Assembly: GCA_951406725.2 (NCBI GenBank)
Contig: OX597828.1
Location: 53,444,001-53,508,000, forward strand
Length of the DNA stretch: 64,000 nt
Direction: 5' to 3'
DNA from: Octopus vulgaris
Lineage: Eukaryota
The notes under the pieces were generated by a model. It had not been told where the DNA came from. It was given only the letters and a program-made list of their open reading frames with translations, and ran no database searches. Below, piece after piece: positions 26,501 to 40,500 of the stretch (its first letter is position 1; every line of letters begins with the position of its first letter). A program made the position numbers and the translations under genes.

Positions 26501-27247
26501 GCATACATATAATTATACACACACACACACACGTGCACACGTAGATACATAAGTATATATATGTAGTTCGATATGTGCACCTGAATGCTCAGGAGTGCTT
26601 ACACTTATGCACCCGCACTGTGGGGACACACAGACACACATGCAAATGTGTGTGCGAGCGTGTGGTATATATACATAAACACACACACACACACATATAT
26701 ATGTGTATGTATGTATGTATGTATGTATGTATGTATGTATGTATGTATGTATGTATGTATGTATGTGTGTGTGTGTGTGTGTGCATCACTGAATGTGCGA
26801 ATGTATATGTCTGTGTTTGTATACATGTGTGCACGATGTACTTGGAACTTCATTTCCGCCATTTTCCTTCTGTCAAATTGTTAATTTCTCTTTCACGCTA
26901 TGGCGCCATCACAATTCTTCTAGCCGCATCTCTTTTGCTTCTTTTTTCTTCACACACTTTCTCTATCTCCTTGTCTCGTTTTTCCTTACTCATTTCTTCA
27001 TTCTCTCAGCCGTTCCTTCTTTCACACCCTCATCACTCTACTTTTCACGTTTATTTATTTTTTCTTTTTCTTTTTCTTTTTATCTAAATTTCTACCTTTC
27101 CATCGACTTCAAGTCTTCTGCAAACTCATGGCAAATCTCTTTTCTCGAGCTATCACTTGTAACAAATTAAGAACATAGTAATACAAATAACAAAAATAAT
27201 AACAGCAAATATAACTCTTGTCCATCGAGTAGATAAATATATAAATA

Positions 27248-27657
27248 GGTACAGGAGTGGTTGTGTGGTAAGGAGCTTGCATACCAACCACGTGGTTTCG
27301 GGTTCAGTCCCACTAGTGGCACCTTGAGCAAGTGTCTGTTACTATATATTTCTTTATTGCCCACAAGGGGCAAAACATAGAGGGGACAAACAAAGACAGA
27401 CAAAGGGATTAAGTCGATTACATCGACCCCAGTACGTAACTGATACTTTATTTATCGACCCCGAAAGGATGAAAGGCAAAGTCGACCTCGGCGGAATTTG
27501 AACTCAGAACGTAACGGCAGACGAAATACAGCTAAGCATTTCGCCCGGCGTGCTAACGATTCTGCCAGTGTCTTCTACTAAAGCCTCAGGCTGACCAAAG
27601 CCTTGTAAGTGGATTTGGTAGACGGAAACGGAAAGAAGCCCATCGTGTATATAAATA

Positions 27658-27665
<8 letters not shown>
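27248..27665 (+). mobile_element. SINE family A 5' half interrupted by a family B copy (27345-27566, -)
   Basis: Near-perfect 14-bp TSD AGTGTCT(GT/TC)TACTA at 27331-27344 and 27567-27580. Confidence 0.85.
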
Positions 27666-27723
<58 letters not shown>

Positions 27724-27829
27724 CATATATATTAGTCAACATAATGTATGCATATATACATATACTATTTGTCAACATAATGTGGCAGTCCTGGATGGGA
27801 CGAATGTTACAATTGTTTAGCCCCAGGAA

Positions 27830-28182
27830 GCGCCTTTAGTCGAGCAAATCGACACCAGGACTTATTTTTTGTAAACCTAGTACTTATTCTATCAGTCTTT
27901 TGCCGAAACGCTAAGTTACGGGGACGTAAACACACCAGCATCGGTTGTCAAGCGATGTTGGGGGGACAAACACAGACACACAAACAGACACACATATAAA
28001 TGCATATACATATATTCGACGGGCTTCTTTCAGTTTCCGTCTACCAAATCCACTCACAAGGATTTGGTCGGCCCGACGCTATAGTAGAAGACATGCCCAA
28101 GTCTCCCAAGTTGCTACGCAGTGGGACTGAACCCGAAACTATGTGGTTGGTAAACAAGCTACTTACCACACAGCCACTCCAG
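27830..28182 (-). mobile_element. SINE family A
   Basis: Matches the other family A copies. Confidence 0.85.
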
Positions 28183-28524
28183 TTCACGATTTAAAAAGCA
28201 ATTGTTCAATTATCGAAAGTTCAGTCTCATACAATATTAGATTGAAATACTTTGTTTGTCTGAAAAGTAAACTAACGCATTCATTTAATTTCTTAAACCC
28301 AAACCCAGAACTCGAACAAAGTACTTCATGTTCTCATTGAAAAGACACATCTTTTGTGGATCCAATGTCGCAGCTGAGTAAATGTTACGATATACAATGT
28401 TCGTCGCTATCAGTCATATGGTGGACCTTCTACATGAAGCTTTTCAAGTCAGTTCTTGAACTCGCGTCTATGTATTGTTACTCACAAACTTCCTAAATCA
28501 CGTTACATGTTATCGGTTTTATAG

Positions 28525-28935
28525 TCTCTTTTACTCTTTACTCTTTTACTTGTTTCAGTCATTTGACTGCGGCCATGCTGGAGCACCGCCCTTTAATCGA
28601 GCAACTCGACCCCGGGACTTATTCCTTTGTAAGCCCAGTACTTATTCTATCGGTCTGTTTTGCCGAACCGCTAAGTAACGGGGACATAAACACACCAGCA
28701 TTGGTTGTCAAGCAATGCTAAGGGGACAAACACAGACACACAAACACACACACGCATATATATATACATACATATATATGACGGGCTTCTTTCAGTTTCC
28801 GTCTACCAAATCCACTCACAAGGCTTTGGTCGGCCCGAGGCTATAGTAGAAGACACTTGCCCAAGGTGCCACGCAGTGGGACTGAACCCGAAGCCATGTG
28901 GTTGGTAAACAAGCTACTTACCACAAAGCCACTCT
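28525..28935 (-). mobile_element. SINE family A, full length
   Basis: Matches the family, with a (TAAAAGAG)3 tail. Confidence 0.85.
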
Positions 28936-29164
28936 TCTTATCCGACGTCATTCCCAACAAAGCAGTATGCATACGTCCTTCACTTGAAATTATACGACAC
29001 ACTCGGCTTTCAGCCACCTTTATTCGCACCGACGTTATTACAATATACTGCCAACGGTGAAGTGTATCTTCTCGAATGCCATCACCACTCACACCAAATT
29101 CTAAAACACAAACAATGCTGAATGCTAACATTTCAAATGGACACCTATGTGTGAAAGAATAATA

Positions 29165-29362
29165 TTGATTTTAAACTTTGGTACAAGGCCAGCAATTTCG
29201 AGGCGGGTGCAAGTCGATTACCTCGACCCAATGCCCAACTGGTACTAATTTTATCGATCCCGAAAGGATGAAAGGCAAAGTCAACTTCGGCGGAATTTGA
29301 ACTCAGAACATAAAGACGGACGAAATGGCACTAACTATTTTATCCGCTGTGCTAATAATTCT
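29165..29362 (-). mobile_element. SINE family B, short-tail variant
   Basis: Contains CCCGAAAGGATGAAAGGCAAAGTC..GGAATTTGAACTCAG. Confidence 0.75.
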
Positions 29363-29555
29363 GAACAAATGTGCATTCGCCCACGTTTATGTATTAGCAC
29401 AGCCACATCCGTCTTCTAATATATGAAGAAAAATGTATATACAGCTGTGAAAATGCATGTATGTATGTACATATATACTTTGGGGACGGCAACATGCATA
29501 TACGTATGTATATGCAACACACAAATACACACTTACAGACACATACATACATACC

Positions 29556-29646
<91 letters not shown>

Positions 29647-30183
29647 GTATATGCCAGCCATCATTGTGTTAAAGAATTCCATATGCAAAAACCCATCGAG
29701 CGCCAATATTCCTAGTCTTCATTTGTTTTCATGTACCCAACCACAAACGTCTTCTCTATATTTGTCCCAGGGCAAATTTCTATAGTTGGAATTGTTTATT
29801 GTTTTAACAACAGCACTGCACACCCTCAGAGATAACTTTCGATGTTACATAAGACACAGCAGCTGATAACATTTGGACTATCATTGATATATGACATAAC
29901 ATCATCCGACAGTTGTTGCGGTTTAAGGATTGGTTATGACTTTTGTTCAGTATATATTTTGTAGTTACTTTTTCTTTTTTATTTAACCTTCAAAATGTGA
30001 ACTGAGTGATGTAAGCGTTACAAGGCCATGGAGGCCTCAATTCATAAATGCGCCACCAAGTTTACAACAAACGTATCCAGACATTTTGTTTCGTCTGCAG
30101 TGTTTCCCTTGCAGGCCATTTTATGTTTTAATGTATGCATATATGCATATATGCATGTATATGTGCATCTATATGCATATGCG

Positions 30184-30409
30184 TGAGCTGGCAGAATCGT
30201 TAGCACGCCGGGCGAAATGCGCAGCTGTATTTCGTCTGCTGTTAGGTTCTGGGTTCAAATTCAGCCGAGGTCGACTTTGCCTTTCATCCTTTTGGGGTCG
30301 ATAATTTAAGTACCAGTTACGCACTGGGGTCGATGTAATTGACTTAATCCGTTTGTCTGTCTTTGTTTGTCCCCTCTGTGTTTAGCCCCTTGTGGGTAGT
30401 AAAGAAATA
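30184..30409 (+). mobile_element. SINE family B, full length
   Basis: GAGCTGGCAGAATCGTTAGCACGCCGGGCG..GCCCCTTGTGGGTAGTAAAGAAATA. Confidence 0.85.
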
Positions 30410-30831
30410 TATATGCATATGTACATGTATATGTGCATCTATATGCATATGTGCATCCGTATATGCATTCGTGCTACCATGTACGAGCGTATCATTTTAT
30501 TTTTAAATTATCAATTTCTATAATTACCAATCGAATATCTGCTGATCAGTTAATTAGGCCTTCATTCACTTTGTCTTTTTATCGATCTATCCATGTATTT
30601 ATAAATTTTCTTACACACACACACACACACATGTGTGCTCATTACACATACAAAACTTCGAGTTCACTGTCAAAGAATTTTTCTTGCGTGTGTGTGATGC
30701 TTTTCTGTGTATATCGTTATATCTATCGTTCTATCAATTTATTTATTAGTGTGTATGTGTGTGTGCACGCGCGAGTGTGAGTGTGTATGTGTGTCTAAGT
30801 ACATACATACATTCATACATACATACATACA

Positions 30832-30862
<31 letters not shown>

Positions 30863-31349
30863 TTATATACATACATATTTATATACATATTGGCAGAGAG
30901 ACAGGTATACACGCAAACAAATAGATACGCGCGTGCACACACACACGCACACGCACACATACACACACACATAAGCATATACACACACAGATTGCCATTT
31001 ATCCGATGCCAATTTATATTTAGCTGATAATTCAAAGACATTCAATAGAATGCTTAGATTTTTAAAATTGAAAATTTTTCAGTAACAATATTTCAGATTT
31101 AAAACAAAATAGAAGCAAAATCTCTCGTAGTTGAGTGACAAGCTTGGTGTGGTCGCTTCGATAACAGCTCACTGTCTCATTCACTCAATCAATGAGTCAT
31201 TCAATCATTCGGTTACTCATTCAGCTCATTCTCAACTGACAAACGATAAACGAATAAGTTCTACAAAATCTTCTGACGTCGCTCAGCCTTGGGTCCTAAC
31301 TCGGACGTTAAGAGAGAACATTCTTACAAGTCGTCAAACGAAATATTTA

Positions 31350-31430
<81 letters not shown>

Positions 31431-31432
<2 letters not shown>

Positions 31433-31824
31433 CGTAGGAGTGGCTGTGTGGTAAGTAGCTTGTTTACCAACCACATGGTTCCAGGTTCAGTCCTACTGCG
31501 TGGCACCTTGGGCAAGTGTCTTCTACTATAGCCTCGGGCCGACCAAATCTTGTGAGTGGATTTGGTAGACGGAAACTGAAAGGAGCTCGTCCTATATATG
31601 TATATATATATATATATATATGTGTTTATATGTTTGTGTGCCAGTGTCCCCCCTCCAACATCGCTTGACAACCGATGCTGGTGTGTTTACGTCCCCGTAA
31701 ACGAGACCGATAGAATAAGTACTGGGTTTACAAAGAATAAGTCCTGGGGTCGATTTGCTCGACTAAAGGCGGTGCACCAGCATGGCCACAGTCACATGAC
31801 TGAAACAAGTAAAAGAGTAAAAGA
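31431..31824 (+). mobile_element. SINE family A, full length
   Basis: Matches the family; inserted in (TA)n. Confidence 0.85.
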
Positions 31825-32167
31825 TATATATATATATGTATATGTACACACACACGCGCACACACACACACACATATAAAGCAAGAACAGAATACGGACA
31901 AAATACTAAATTTGCCGGGGTGAGTTGATAATTGGCATCAACACAATGCCAGTCTGGTTGTCTGGTTGGCAGTAAACGGGGGTCGCTTTCAAGATTCATC
32001 GGAATACCCTACATTCTATAACTAATATAGATTTCCACATTAATTTAACCTCATCTATCAATCTCTGTCTTTCTATTACTCTCACTCTCCCTCTTTCTCT
32101 CTTTCTCTTTATATTTATCTCATTCTTTCTCTGTGTCGCTCTCTGTCTGTCTCTCTCTCTCTCTCTG

Positions 32168-32329
<162 letters not shown>

Positions 32330-32783
32330 CAGACAGATAGATATCTGTCAATGCATTATCTGCCTACTTATCGCCACCCACTAATGAACGGTGAAGTTCG
32401 TGTGAGGAGCTGCATGTTTGTAAATGCGAGTTCATGTACGGATTAAAGCGAGCGTGCGTGTCAGTACGTGTGTGTGTGTGTGTGTGTGTGTTTGTGTGTG
32501 TGGTCCGAGGGACTAATGTAATCTCTCCCTGTGTGGTGAGGGAGCTACCTTGATAACATTCCTCACTCAAACAACACCGATCCTGCCTGCCACTTGTTCC
32601 CACGTCCTGTATCGGGTTTCACGTGTCTCTATGTTGGTGTGTCAACAGTAAACACAACTATGGACTTCACTTCTGTTTTCTGGACAGCGAAATGATAAAA
32701 GTCCGAACGAGTCAATACAAGAATCCTATACGTGCTCACACGTAGTGTTAGAAATAGCAGCCAAATATCCATAAAATTACAGC

Positions 32784-32951
32784 GTAGGCGCTGGTGTGGT
32801 TGTGTGGTAAGTAGCTTGCTTACCAACCACATGGTTCCGGGTTCAGTCCCACTGCGTGACACCTTGGGCAAATGTCTTGTGCTACAGCCTCGAGCCGACC
32901 AAAGCTATGTGAGTGGATTTGGTAGACGGAAACTGAAAGAAACCCTTCGTA

Positions 32952-33024
<73 letters not shown>

Positions 33025-33242
33025 GTTTGTGTGTCTGTGTTTGTGTACCCCCCCCCCCGCCCCCAACATCGCTTGACAACCGATGCTGGTGTGTTTACGT
33101 CCTCGTAACTTAGCAGTTCGGCAAAAAGAGACTGATAGAATAAGTACTAGGCTTACAAAGAATAAGTCCTGGGGTCGATTTGTTCGACTAAAGGCGATGC
33201 TCCAGCATGGCCGCATTCAAGTGACTGAAACAAGTAAAAAGT
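32784..33242 (+). mobile_element. SINE family A with expanded internal (TA)n
   Basis: Matches the other family A copies. Confidence 0.85.
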
Positions 33243-33529
33243 CGTGCCACGACAATTTATTTCCTTAAAAGGTATTTGAAGTTTTTATCGAAGTGTCTGT
33301 CTACCGAACAACTTTTCATCGATCAAATTTTTATCAAACCAACTTTTTACTAAAACTTCTTTTTATCAATATAGTCTTATAAAACAGAACGTTATCGAAA
33401 TGACTTTTTATCGACACAACTATTTATCAAAACAGCTTTCGTACAATATCTTTATAATCGTTATACTTTTCACAATAATTATTTTCTACTGTACAATTCT
33501 AAACGTGGTACACATTTTAGTGCAGGAGT

Positions 33530-33823
33530 AGTTGTTTGTTTGTTCCTTCTCGAGACATGCCTGGCTCATAAGGGCCGTTTTCCCTTTTTCCTTGGCGTAT
33601 AGGTTCCCCACCGAGACAGGACGCCGGTCCGTCGCAGGTAAGCTGCAAGATGCAGGAGGAAAGAGTGAGAGAAAGTTGCGGCGAAATAGTCAGCAAAAGT
33701 TCGCCATTACCTTCTGCCGGAGCTGCGTGGAGCTTAGGTGTCTCGCTCATAAACACACACACCGCCCGGTCTGAGATTCGAACCCGCGATCCCTCGACCG
33801 CGAGTCTGCTGCTCTAATCACTA
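33530..33823 (-). mobile_element. tRNA-derived SINE family C, tail type 1
   Basis: Head TAGTGATTAGAGCAGCAGACTCGCGGTC..GGTTCGAATC, a V-domain-like CCTGCGACGGACCGGCGTCCTGTC block and an (AAAC)n tail. Confidence 0.8.
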
Positions 33824-33889
33824 GAACTTTAAATACTGAATATTTAAAATTATCCTATAGCTTCAATAAATTCTTCACACTCTGTCTTA

Positions 33890-34252
33890 TATTTGTTTCA
33901 GTCAAAAGACTTCGGCCATGCTGGGGCACCGCTTTAAAGAATTTTAGTCGACCGAATAGACTCCAGTACTTATCTTTTTAAACCAGCCACTGCTTCAATC
34001 GGTTCCTTCTACCGAACTGCTAATTCAAGGAGACATAAACTCATCAACACACACTTACATATAATGTGTGTGTGTGTGTGTGTGTGTTTGACGGGCTTCT
34101 TTCAGTTTCTACTTACCAAAGCCATTCACAAGGCTTTAGTCAGATTGAAGCTATAGTGGAAGGCACTAGTCCAAGGTACCACGCTGTGGGACTGAACCCT
34201 AAACCATGTGGCTAAGAAGCAAGCCTCTTACCACACAAGACCTCCTGCGCTT
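33890..34252 (-). mobile_element. SINE family A, diverged
   Basis: Recognisable head and tail. Confidence 0.75.
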
Positions 34253-34581
34253 AACTTCTTACCACATCCGTTTTATGTTCGTGAATCCAGTTTCCAGAAA
34301 GTTCTTCAAAATCTTTGTGCTGCAACCACTGGGGCTACACATGCATGCTTTCGGTGAATCTAGCGTATCCTGTACATACATCATATGCTACGATCAAATG
34401 CTTGTGCACATGGAATTATACACACATACACACACATATACACGTACGAACGCACACGCACAAACACGTAATGTATGTGTATATGCTTGGGCCGGCGTAC
34501 TGTTTCCGTTTACAGATGTCACACAAGGTTTCAAGTGAGCGGAGCATATGGGAAAAGATGCTAACCTTTGAGAGAACCAGA

Positions 34582-34790
34582 TATTGATTTTAAACTTTAG
34601 CACAAGGTCAGCAGGTTCGGGAGAGGAGACATTAACTCCAGTGCACAAATTGTACTTATTTTATCGACCCCGAATGGGTGAAAGGCAAAGTCAACCTCGG
34701 CAGAACTTGAACTCAGAACGTAAGGACTGTCGAAATGCCGCTTACCATTTTGCCCGGTACGGTAATAATTCCGCCACCCCGCCACATTGA
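34582..34790 (-). mobile_element. SINE family B, diverged (another at 35490-35690)
   Basis: AAGGCAAAGTCAACCTCGGCAGAACTTGAACTCAG. Confidence 0.7.
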
Positions 34791-34859
34791 TAGAATCAGA
34801 TATTAAATGGTTATTACGAATCAAGCCAGCTTCTTAAGTGCACAGCCATGCAGAGAGAG

Positions 34860-35138
34860 GGGGGGAGAAAGAAAGAAAGAACGAAAGAAAGAAAGAAAGA
34901 AAGAAAGAAGGAGGGAAAGAAGGAAAGAAGGAAGGAAGGAAGGAAGGAAAGAAAGAAAGGAGGAAGGAAAGAAAGAAAGAAGGAAGGAAAGAAAGAAAGA
35001 AGGAAGGAAGGAAAGAAAGAAAGCTAGATAGATAGAAAGATAGATAGAGAGAGAGAGAGAAAGAAAGAAAGAAAGAGTGAGAGAGAAAGAAAGAGAGAGA
35101 AAGAAAGAAAGAAAGAAAGAAAAAAAGAAAGAAAAAAA

Positions 35139-35181
<43 letters not shown>

Positions 35182-35414
35182 GAAGAAGGAAAGAAGGAAG
35201 GAAGGAAGGAAGGAAGGAAAGAAAGAAAGGAGGAAGGAAAGAAAGAAAGAAGGAAGGAAAGAAAGAAAGAAGGAAGGAAGGAAAGAAAGAAAGCTAGATA
35301 GATAGAAAGATAGATAGAGAGAGAGAGAGAAAGAAAGAAAGAAAGAGTGAGAGAGAAAGAAAGAGAGAGAAAGAAAGAAAGAAAGAAAGAAAAAAAGAAA
35401 GAAAAAAAGAAAAA

Positions 35415-35474
<60 letters not shown>

Positions 35475-35475
35475 G
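34860..35475. repeat. purine-rich compound microsatellite with a 270-bp tandem duplication
   Basis: The marker AAGCTAGATAGATAGAAAGATAG occurs at 35021 and 35291. Confidence 0.9.
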
Positions 35476-35989
35476 AAACACCATGAAAACATTGGTTTCA
35501 AATTTTGGTACAAGGCCAGCAATCTCGTGAGAGAGGCGAGGTCGATGAGATCGACCCCAGTGTCCAACTGATACTTAATTTTATCCTGAAAGGAGGAAAG
35601 CTAAAGTCAATCACATCGGAATTTGAACTGAGAGCGTAAAGGTGAACGAAATGCCGGCTTGTTAACGATTCTGCCATCTGGCGGTCTTACCGTCGTTATT
35701 TAACCCGAAGTAAGAACTACTTGAGCAGGCCTGTTCCAGCCATAATCAATCATTTTCTTTTTCTATTCTAGGCAGTGTCAATATTAAGTGCTATCCAATG
35801 TGTCCTTTCTCCTCTATTATGGTAAGGGAGTTTGACTGGTATTTCTAGAGGGTCCTACAACCACCTAAGAAGCCCCACACCACTGCCCTCACCCTACACA
35901 TTGTTGTTATTGATCCCTTTCCTTCATCAGCCTCTCTTCCAGTTTCTGTTTTACTTCTTTTTTACTTCTGTTTTACTTCCACTTTTCTT

Positions 35990-36510
35990 TTTCCTTTACT
36001 ATCCACAAGGGGCTGAACACAGAGCGGACAAATAAAGACAGACAAAGGGTTTAAGTCGATTACATCGACCCTAGTGCGTAACAGGTACTAAATTTATCGA
36101 CCCCGAAAGGATAAAAGGCAAAGTCGACCTTGGCGGAATTTGAACACAGAGAGGACAAACAAGGACAAACAAACGGATTAAGTCGATTACATCGACCCCA
36201 GTGCGTGACTGGTACTTATTTAATCGACCCCGAAAGGATAAAAGGCAAAGTCGACCTCGGTGGAATTTGAACTCAGAACGTAGCGGCAGACGAAATACCT
36301 ATTTCTTTACTACCCACAAGGGGCTAAACACAGAGCGGACAAACAAGGACAGACAAACGGATAAAGTCGATTATATCGACCCCAGTGCGTCACTGGTACT
36401 TAATTTATCGACCCCGAAATGATGAAAGGCAAACTCAGAATTTGAACGGCAGACGAAATACAGCTACGCATTTCGCCCGGCGTGCTAACGATTCTGCCAG
36501 CTCGCCACCT
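35990..36510 (-). mobile_element. SINE family B tandem multimer (three partial units)
   Basis: The unit CACAGAG.GGACAAA..GTCGATTA.ATCGACCC..GAAAGG.T..AAGGCAAA recurs at ~36020, ~36145 and ~36330. Confidence 0.85.
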
Positions 36511-37214
36511 TCCACATTTCTACTCAACAGAGGAAATATTTCCAGTATACGCAAACTAGAAGCGAAACCGTGACAATTTTTTTCACCCCCGTCAGTAAAA
36601 TGACTCGCCTCTGCATGGCTAAACTCCGGTCTTTTGTATATAAGGAGAGGTCTTGCTTCGTACACAATAGGCCTGTTACTTTAATTAAGAGATTTTCAGA
36701 GACATGCTAGTATGCGAGTGTGCGTGATGTGTGAGGTGTGTGTGTGTGTGTGCGCGTATGTATGTGTGTGTGTGTGTGTGTATGGGTGGTTGGGTGGGTG
36801 TGGGTGTTTCTGATTGAATAAATGTGTTTGATGATTGTGTGTGTTTGTGTATGATGTAGTGTACGTGTAAATATCTGCATTTTGCGTTCACGCATGCAAG
36901 CGCATCTACATATGCATAGGAAGGCATGTCCTCGCATATCTATGGATGTATACATATATGTGCGTATATATATATATATATATATGAAGAGGGAGGGGGA
37001 GAGAGAGAAGAGATAGTGGAAGAGAGAGATTATGTGAGAGAAACATTCTTGTACACCTCTTTCCACGCATACACATATTTAGAGAAATGCATTTATATAC
37101 ATTGTATGCACATGCATGCGTATATGTGTACATGTATGTATATTCATATATATGCTGTTTATACATACACACATGTATATATATATATATACACACGCGC
37201 ATACATACAAACAC

Positions 37215-37297
<83 letters not shown>

Positions 37298-37911
37298 TGT
37301 ACGTATGTATGTATATATGTATGCATGTATGTATATGTTTCTGTGTGTGTGTGTGCGTGCGTATGAGTCGTTTAAAGCTCTAAATCCCTAAGTAGATTAT
37401 CTTCGGCAAGGGACTCAACTAGAGTGCCTGTCCATGTTATACAACAAGCAGTAACAGTCCATTTAGTAATGGGAGACACGGCATTGTCAGCTGGTAAGTG
37501 GAGGGGATTTTAGTGGTAACAGAGGGATTAAAGGTGGTGGTGGTGGTGGTGGTGGTGGTGGTGGTGGTGGTGGTGGTGGTGGTGGTGGTAGTGATGGTGG
37601 TGGCGGCGGCGGTGGTGGTGGTGGTGGTGGTGGTGGTGGTGGTGGTGGTGGTGGTGGTGGTGGTGGTGGTGGACACACTGGTTTTGGTCGTGGTCGTGGT
37701 TGTGGTCTTGGTGATGATAGTGGTGACGGTTGTGGTGGTGGTGGTGATGGTGTTGAGGATGTTTGTGGTGGTGGTGGTGTTGGCGGTGATGATAGTACTG
37801 GTGGTAGCAATGATGGTTTTGGCACTGGTGGTGGTGGTTGTGATCGTAGTGGTGAGGAAGGTGGTAGAGTTGATTGCAAACGCACTGCAGCTGCTGTTGT
37901 TGTTATTGTTG

Positions 37912-37943
<32 letters not shown>

Positions 37944-38791
37944 GGTGGTGGTGGTGGTGGAGGTGGTGGTGGTGGTGATGATGATGATGAAGACGACGAC
38001 GATGATAATAAGGATGACAATGATGATAGTGATGATAACAACGACGACGACGACGACGACGATGATGATGATGATGATGACGATGACGACGGCAACTACA
38101 TCGACGACGACGACGACGAGGATGACGACGGATATGAAACCGGAATGGTTATGCTTTTAATAATGGCTTTACAGGAATTGGCTGTTGCGGAATTCTTGTG
38201 CTGTTGGTATAGGTGAGAGTAGAGTGGTGGTGATACCGGACAAGTGGTTCTTATGATTGTAATGGTTGTTGTCATTTTGGAGGTTTTGCTATTGTTCTTT
38301 AACAAAGCTGACTGATATGTGATCAAAGACATTCTAGCGGTGACCATCACATCTTTTTCGTAAATGCACAAAATTCTTGACCGTGGTTATTCAACGCATC
38401 GAAATTTTTGAGAGACGTGTACGATTTGAGGGAGATTTGTTTGCTATTTTTAGTAGGTTGAATAACCACGTGAAGGCCTGTACCCCGCCGCTATCATTTT
38501 TGATGTTGCTGCTGTTATTGGTGTTGTTGATGGTGATGGTGATGATGCTGGTGGTGTAATTTCGTGGGTGGTGTGCGATGGTGGTGGTGGTTGTGTCGAT
38601 GGTGTTGATGTAAATTTGAAGTATCTCTGATTTTACTGAGGAGGAGGAGGGAGGAGGAGGAAGAGGATGATGATGAGGATGTCAGTGAAGGTGTCGGGGA
38701 GTGAAGTGTTGTTTAAATGATATTGCTCAGGATAAAAGGTTAGAAGTAATATGAGAGAGAGAACTTTCTCTACCCCGCTCTCTCTCTCTCA

Positions 38792-38865
<74 letters not shown>

Positions 38866-38866
<1 letters not shown>

Positions 38867-38987
38867 GGGAGAATTCACAAAAAAACAAAAGACGAAGACA
38901 GGTGGTGTAGACAACAAACAGATGTATTAGTATAACTCTCGGGAAGTGAAAAAGTTTTTAACGTTTCGAGCCTAGGCTCTTCTACAT
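38866..38987 (-). mobile_element. short hammerhead-like element family H1, 5'-truncated
   Basis: TGTAGAAGAGCCTAGGCTCGAAACGTTAAAA..ACATCTGTTTGTTGTCTACACCACCTGTCTTCGTC. Confidence 0.75.
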
Positions 38988-39294
38988 ATATGTATGTGAA
39001 TGTATGTATGTATATACACTTAGATAAGTTTCGGTCAGAGTAGAACCATGCCATGACTAACAACTTAATGGTACCACCCGGGAAAGTCATTTAATGCTTT
39101 TTTTATATTACGGTCATTATTTTGGTACCATGCCCCATTCGAGTAAAGAGTTATTGTTTTCAGACATGTAACCGGTAGTAGGTGGTTTATCTGGGATTCG
39201 TTGGAGATATTCGACCAGGAACTGTTGAATATTACGAGATCTTCTTTCTTCTCTTATGTTGAGGTGAAATAGTTTTGTCTTAGTGTTGTGAGGT

Positions 39295-39681
39295 GTTATG
39301 GAAGCACTCCGTCGGTTACGACGACGAGGGTTCCGCTTGATCCGATCAACGGAACAGCCTGCTCGTGAAATTATCGTTTAAGTGGCTGAGCACTCCACAG
39401 ACACGTGTACCCTTAACGTAGTTCTCGGGGATATTCAGCGTGACACAGAGAGTGACAAGACCGGCCCTTTGAAATACAGATACACCAGAAACAGGAAGTA
39501 AGAGTGAGAGAAAGTTGTGGTGAAAGAGTACAGCAGGGATCACCACCATCCCTGCCGGAGCCTCGTGGAGCTTTAGGTGTTTTGGCTCAATAAACACTCA
39601 CAACGCCCGGTCTGGGAATCGAAACCGCGATCCTACGACCGCGAGTCTGCTGCCCTAACCACTGGGCCATTTCGCCTCCAC
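39295..39681 (-). mobile_element. tRNA-derived SINE family C, tail type 2
   Basis: Head GGAGGCGAAATGGCCCAGTGGTTAGGGCAGCAGACTCGCGGTC..TTCGATTCC is shared with 33530-33823; the 3' half differs. Confidence 0.8.
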
Positions 39682-39937
39682 GTGATGTGTTATAGAGAGA
39701 GGTTCAATAATGAGTAAATCCCTATCTGCTTAATGAAATGCTAAACGATAAGGACATTTTAGCTCAGTCAATGATTTTACGCAGCTATCACATAAATAAT
39801 CTCCTCTCAGTTAAATGACATGCAGAATCATGTCAACTGGCAATGAGTGTAGCCATATACCCCTTTAGAATTGGAACAGAAATTCAACATTTGTGTTTCT
39901 GTAGGCGATGACCTACTATGTGTATGTGTGTGTGTGT

Positions 39938-40011
<74 letters not shown>

Positions 40012-40192
40012 TAAAGAATTTCGTTGAAGAGTTGTAGTGAAAAAATTACAAAAATGGAAATGTAGATAATTTAAATATTTTTAATATATTTTATAAGATA
40101 CATACAACATGAACTAAAAAATATTGCAATGTTTTTACCAATTCCCGGTCGTGATTAAGAAAACGTGAAACCGGTAGACTTTCATGCTATTC

Positions 40193-40264
<72 letters not shown>

Positions 40265-40271
40265 GTATATG

Positions 40272-40302
<31 letters not shown>

Positions 40303-40345
40303 TTGTATATATATATGTATACATATATATATTTATATATGTATG

Positions 40346-40376
<31 letters not shown>

Positions 40377-40447
40377 GTACATATATATTTGTATATATAC
40401 ATATGTATATATATATATATATATGTATATACATATGTATATATGTA

Positions 40448-40500
<53 letters not shown>

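Noticed and set aside
28841-29131. 96-aa minus ORF in unique sequence
   Set aside because: Runs into a SINE head, has no recognisable motif, and has only weak splice donors.
31431-31510. tRNA-like sequence with A/B boxes
   Set aside because: SINE head continuing into the SINE body; no complete cloverleaf, so not called as tRNA. The same applies to all family A, B and C heads.
37437-38160. Proline-rich 202-aa and valine-rich 220-aa ORFs
   Set aside because: Degenerate (GGT)/(GAT) repeat tract, open in several frames on both strands, with no supported splice or start context.
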